Positions 62,271 through 64,000 of a DNA stretch of 64,000 nucleotides are shown in pieces. Origin of the DNA: Hypanus sabinus (taxonomy: Eukaryota). The notes under the pieces were generated by a model. It had not been told where the DNA came from. It saw only the letters and a program-made list of their open reading frames with translations, and ran no database searches. A program made the translations under genes and the position numbers. Location: positions 20,336,001 through 20,400,000 of the forward strand of contig NC_082722.1 in the NCBI RefSeq assembly GCF_030144855.1, read 5' to 3'. Each line of letters begins with the position of its first letter. Position 1 is the first letter of the stretch.

Positions 62271-62639
62271 GGGAAGGAGAATGCAGAAATGGCAATATGA
62301 GAATTAGATATATGCTACGTCCTCAGTTGCACAGTTTAGCTAATGTATAATGATATAACATCGGCTTAGCTCCAAAAACTTGGCACAATAATTCTGTGTA
62401 TAAGGTCAAATGATAGCGATAAATGTAACTCACCGAACTGTTGCTTCTGTAAGTTTTCGAAAATAAAACGAAGTGTGGCGTTTTCTGTTTAATTGAAGCT
62501 GTAACATGTTTCACTAAATTCCAAACCTACAGGAGAAAGCGCACTGACACTTTCCGTGATAACGTCGTCACGTCAGCGTAGCCCCTTAATATGAAACCAC
62601 AACCCAATTACGTTACCCTACGCAGCGCCTCCCATACCC

Positions 62640-63140
62640 CCAAAGCTGCAATGAGTCTACAGTCGGAATGAGGTCACAATCAGTTTTGAGGAGAAACATC
62701 TTATATTCCGCCTGGGTAGCCTACAGCCTGATGGCATGAACATTGATTTCTCGAGCTTCCCGTAATGCCCTCCTCCTTCAACATTCCCGATCCCCAGTTC
62801 CCTCTGTCAACTTGTCTCCTTACCTGTCTATCACCTCCCACAAGTGCTCCTTCGTCTTTTATTTTTCCCATGCCTTTCCATCTTCTCCTACCAGATTCCC
62901 GCTTCTCTAGCCCTGTATTTCTTTCAATAATCAACTCTCCAGCCCTTTAGCTCACCCCAGCTCCCGCGTTCTCCTATCACCTTGTGGTTTTTCCTCCCCT
63001 CCTCTCACTTTCTTATTTGACTCATCATCTCTTTTTCCCCAGTTCTGATGAAGGATCTCGGCATGAAACGCTGATTGTTTTATTTTCTATTGGTGCTGCC
63101 TGATTCGCTGATTTATTCCAGCATTGTCTGTGTGTTGTGT
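62640..63140 (+). mobile_element. Penelope-like 3' end with degenerate hammerhead motif (63041-63076)
   Basis: EEKHLIFRLGSLQPDGMNIDFS and AGTT-CTGATGA-A-GGA-TCTCGG-CAT-GAAAC-GCT. Confidence 0.8.
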
Positions 63141-63480
63141 TTCCTTTGTTCTAGCCGTTCTGGGTTCACTACTTTTGAATAACATGTGTTGAAGGACGTT
63201 ATTAGTCTTTAATCGTTTAGGGGTCGGAAGTACAGTAAAATAGCTATGACGTCCATATCAATCGTAATTGAATTGATTTATTCTTGCATGGATATCGTTC
63301 TCAACGTTCCATTTTGTGCCTGTTCATGTTCGAATATTCGAATGCCTTTAACGGATGTGAAAATACCAGTATTCTCTGGTAGCGCGTCCAAGCCGCCGAG
63401 CATTCTGTGTTTCAAATACCTGCCATGTAAAGATAATTTAATTTTCCCTCTTTTATCTCAAGGCTACGCCCTCCACTTAC

Positions 63481-63532
63481 TGGCACTAATATGCACGAGC
63501 GATAATGACAGAGAGAGTGACAAGACTAACAT
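63481..63532 (-). pseudogene. Leader exon MLVLSLSLSLSLVHISA, probably of gene C
   Basis: ATG, hydrophobic run and a consensus phase-1 donor A|gtaagt. The link to the 60.5-kb V exon is inferred from strand and phase only. Confidence 0.6.
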
Positions 63533-64000
63533 TGTTATGTAATCCCTGTTGATGAGCGTATTAAGACACTGGTCAGGAGACAGAATCTAGTATCATCTAT
63601 AGGGAACAAGTTCGAGTGAGCCCCTTCAGAACTATAGAGATACTGTGGTACACTTGGGAGAAATCGTGACAGAACAAATATCGCATGAAATATCTTGCAA
63701 TGTTATATTAAGCGGAAATCGAGAAATAGCGACTCTGAAGAAACAGCCTTATCATCTATGTGTGGAGCAACTGGCGATGTCTGAGCTGAAGGTTTTAAAT
63801 TATTTTCTGTATAACTGTGGTGAAAATCATGGCACTGATGAAATTAATGGACTTAATTAAGCGAATTCCAATGATTTCAAACATCCACATGCGATCAGGT
63901 GAGGGGTTGTGATGGGGCGGAGGATGGGCGAGGTGGGAGGTTTGTTCCAGCGGTGTAACAACAGAGTATGTTTGATGAGACCTGATCAAGGTCGACATTG

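Noticed and set aside
62434-62526. 93-bp exon-like segment with good splice sites between the leader and V of gene C
   Set aside because: Only phase 0-0 is open. The phase-1 reading needed after the leader contains a stop, and there is no recognisable domain.
1-64000. CRISPR arrays, rRNA/tRNA genes, prokaryotic operons
   Set aside because: None seen. The only tRNA-related sequences are retrotransposon primer-binding sites.

Overview
Repeat-rich vertebrate genomic DNA, most likely from a cartilaginous fish (inferred from the CR1, Rex1/Babar, Penelope and Gypsy repeats present, not from a database search). About two thirds of the window is degraded transposons. The main unique content is a cluster of immunoglobulin-superfamily receptor genes not shown as a whole by the ORF track. 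One gene appears intact (minus strand, 30605-19350): leader, germline-joined VJ-type domain, one C1-set domain, uncharged TM segment, and a cytoplasmic tail with a canonical ITIM (LTYAAL). It has compatible splice phases and about 309-317 aa, so it looks like a non-rearranging, antigen-receptor-like inhibitory receptor. Three decayed V exons on the minus strand (about 30.7-31.1, 37.3-37.6 and 60.4-60.7 kb) align with its V domain. Two further V-like remnants lie on the plus strand (about 4.0-4.3 and 9.3-9.9 kb), which suggests a birth-and-death cluster. A fragmentary CEP72/LRRC36-like LRR gene (53.4-51.2 kb, minus) is cut off by a Gmr1-type Gypsy element. Other notable items: a pol-deleted Gypsy element with PNMA-like gag and self-templated inverted insertions, Penelope hammerhead-ribozyme motifs, and a chimeric CR1 insertion with a 28-bp flanking direct repeat. 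Exon models were read by eye and need transcript confirmation. Boundaries of degraded repeats are approximate.
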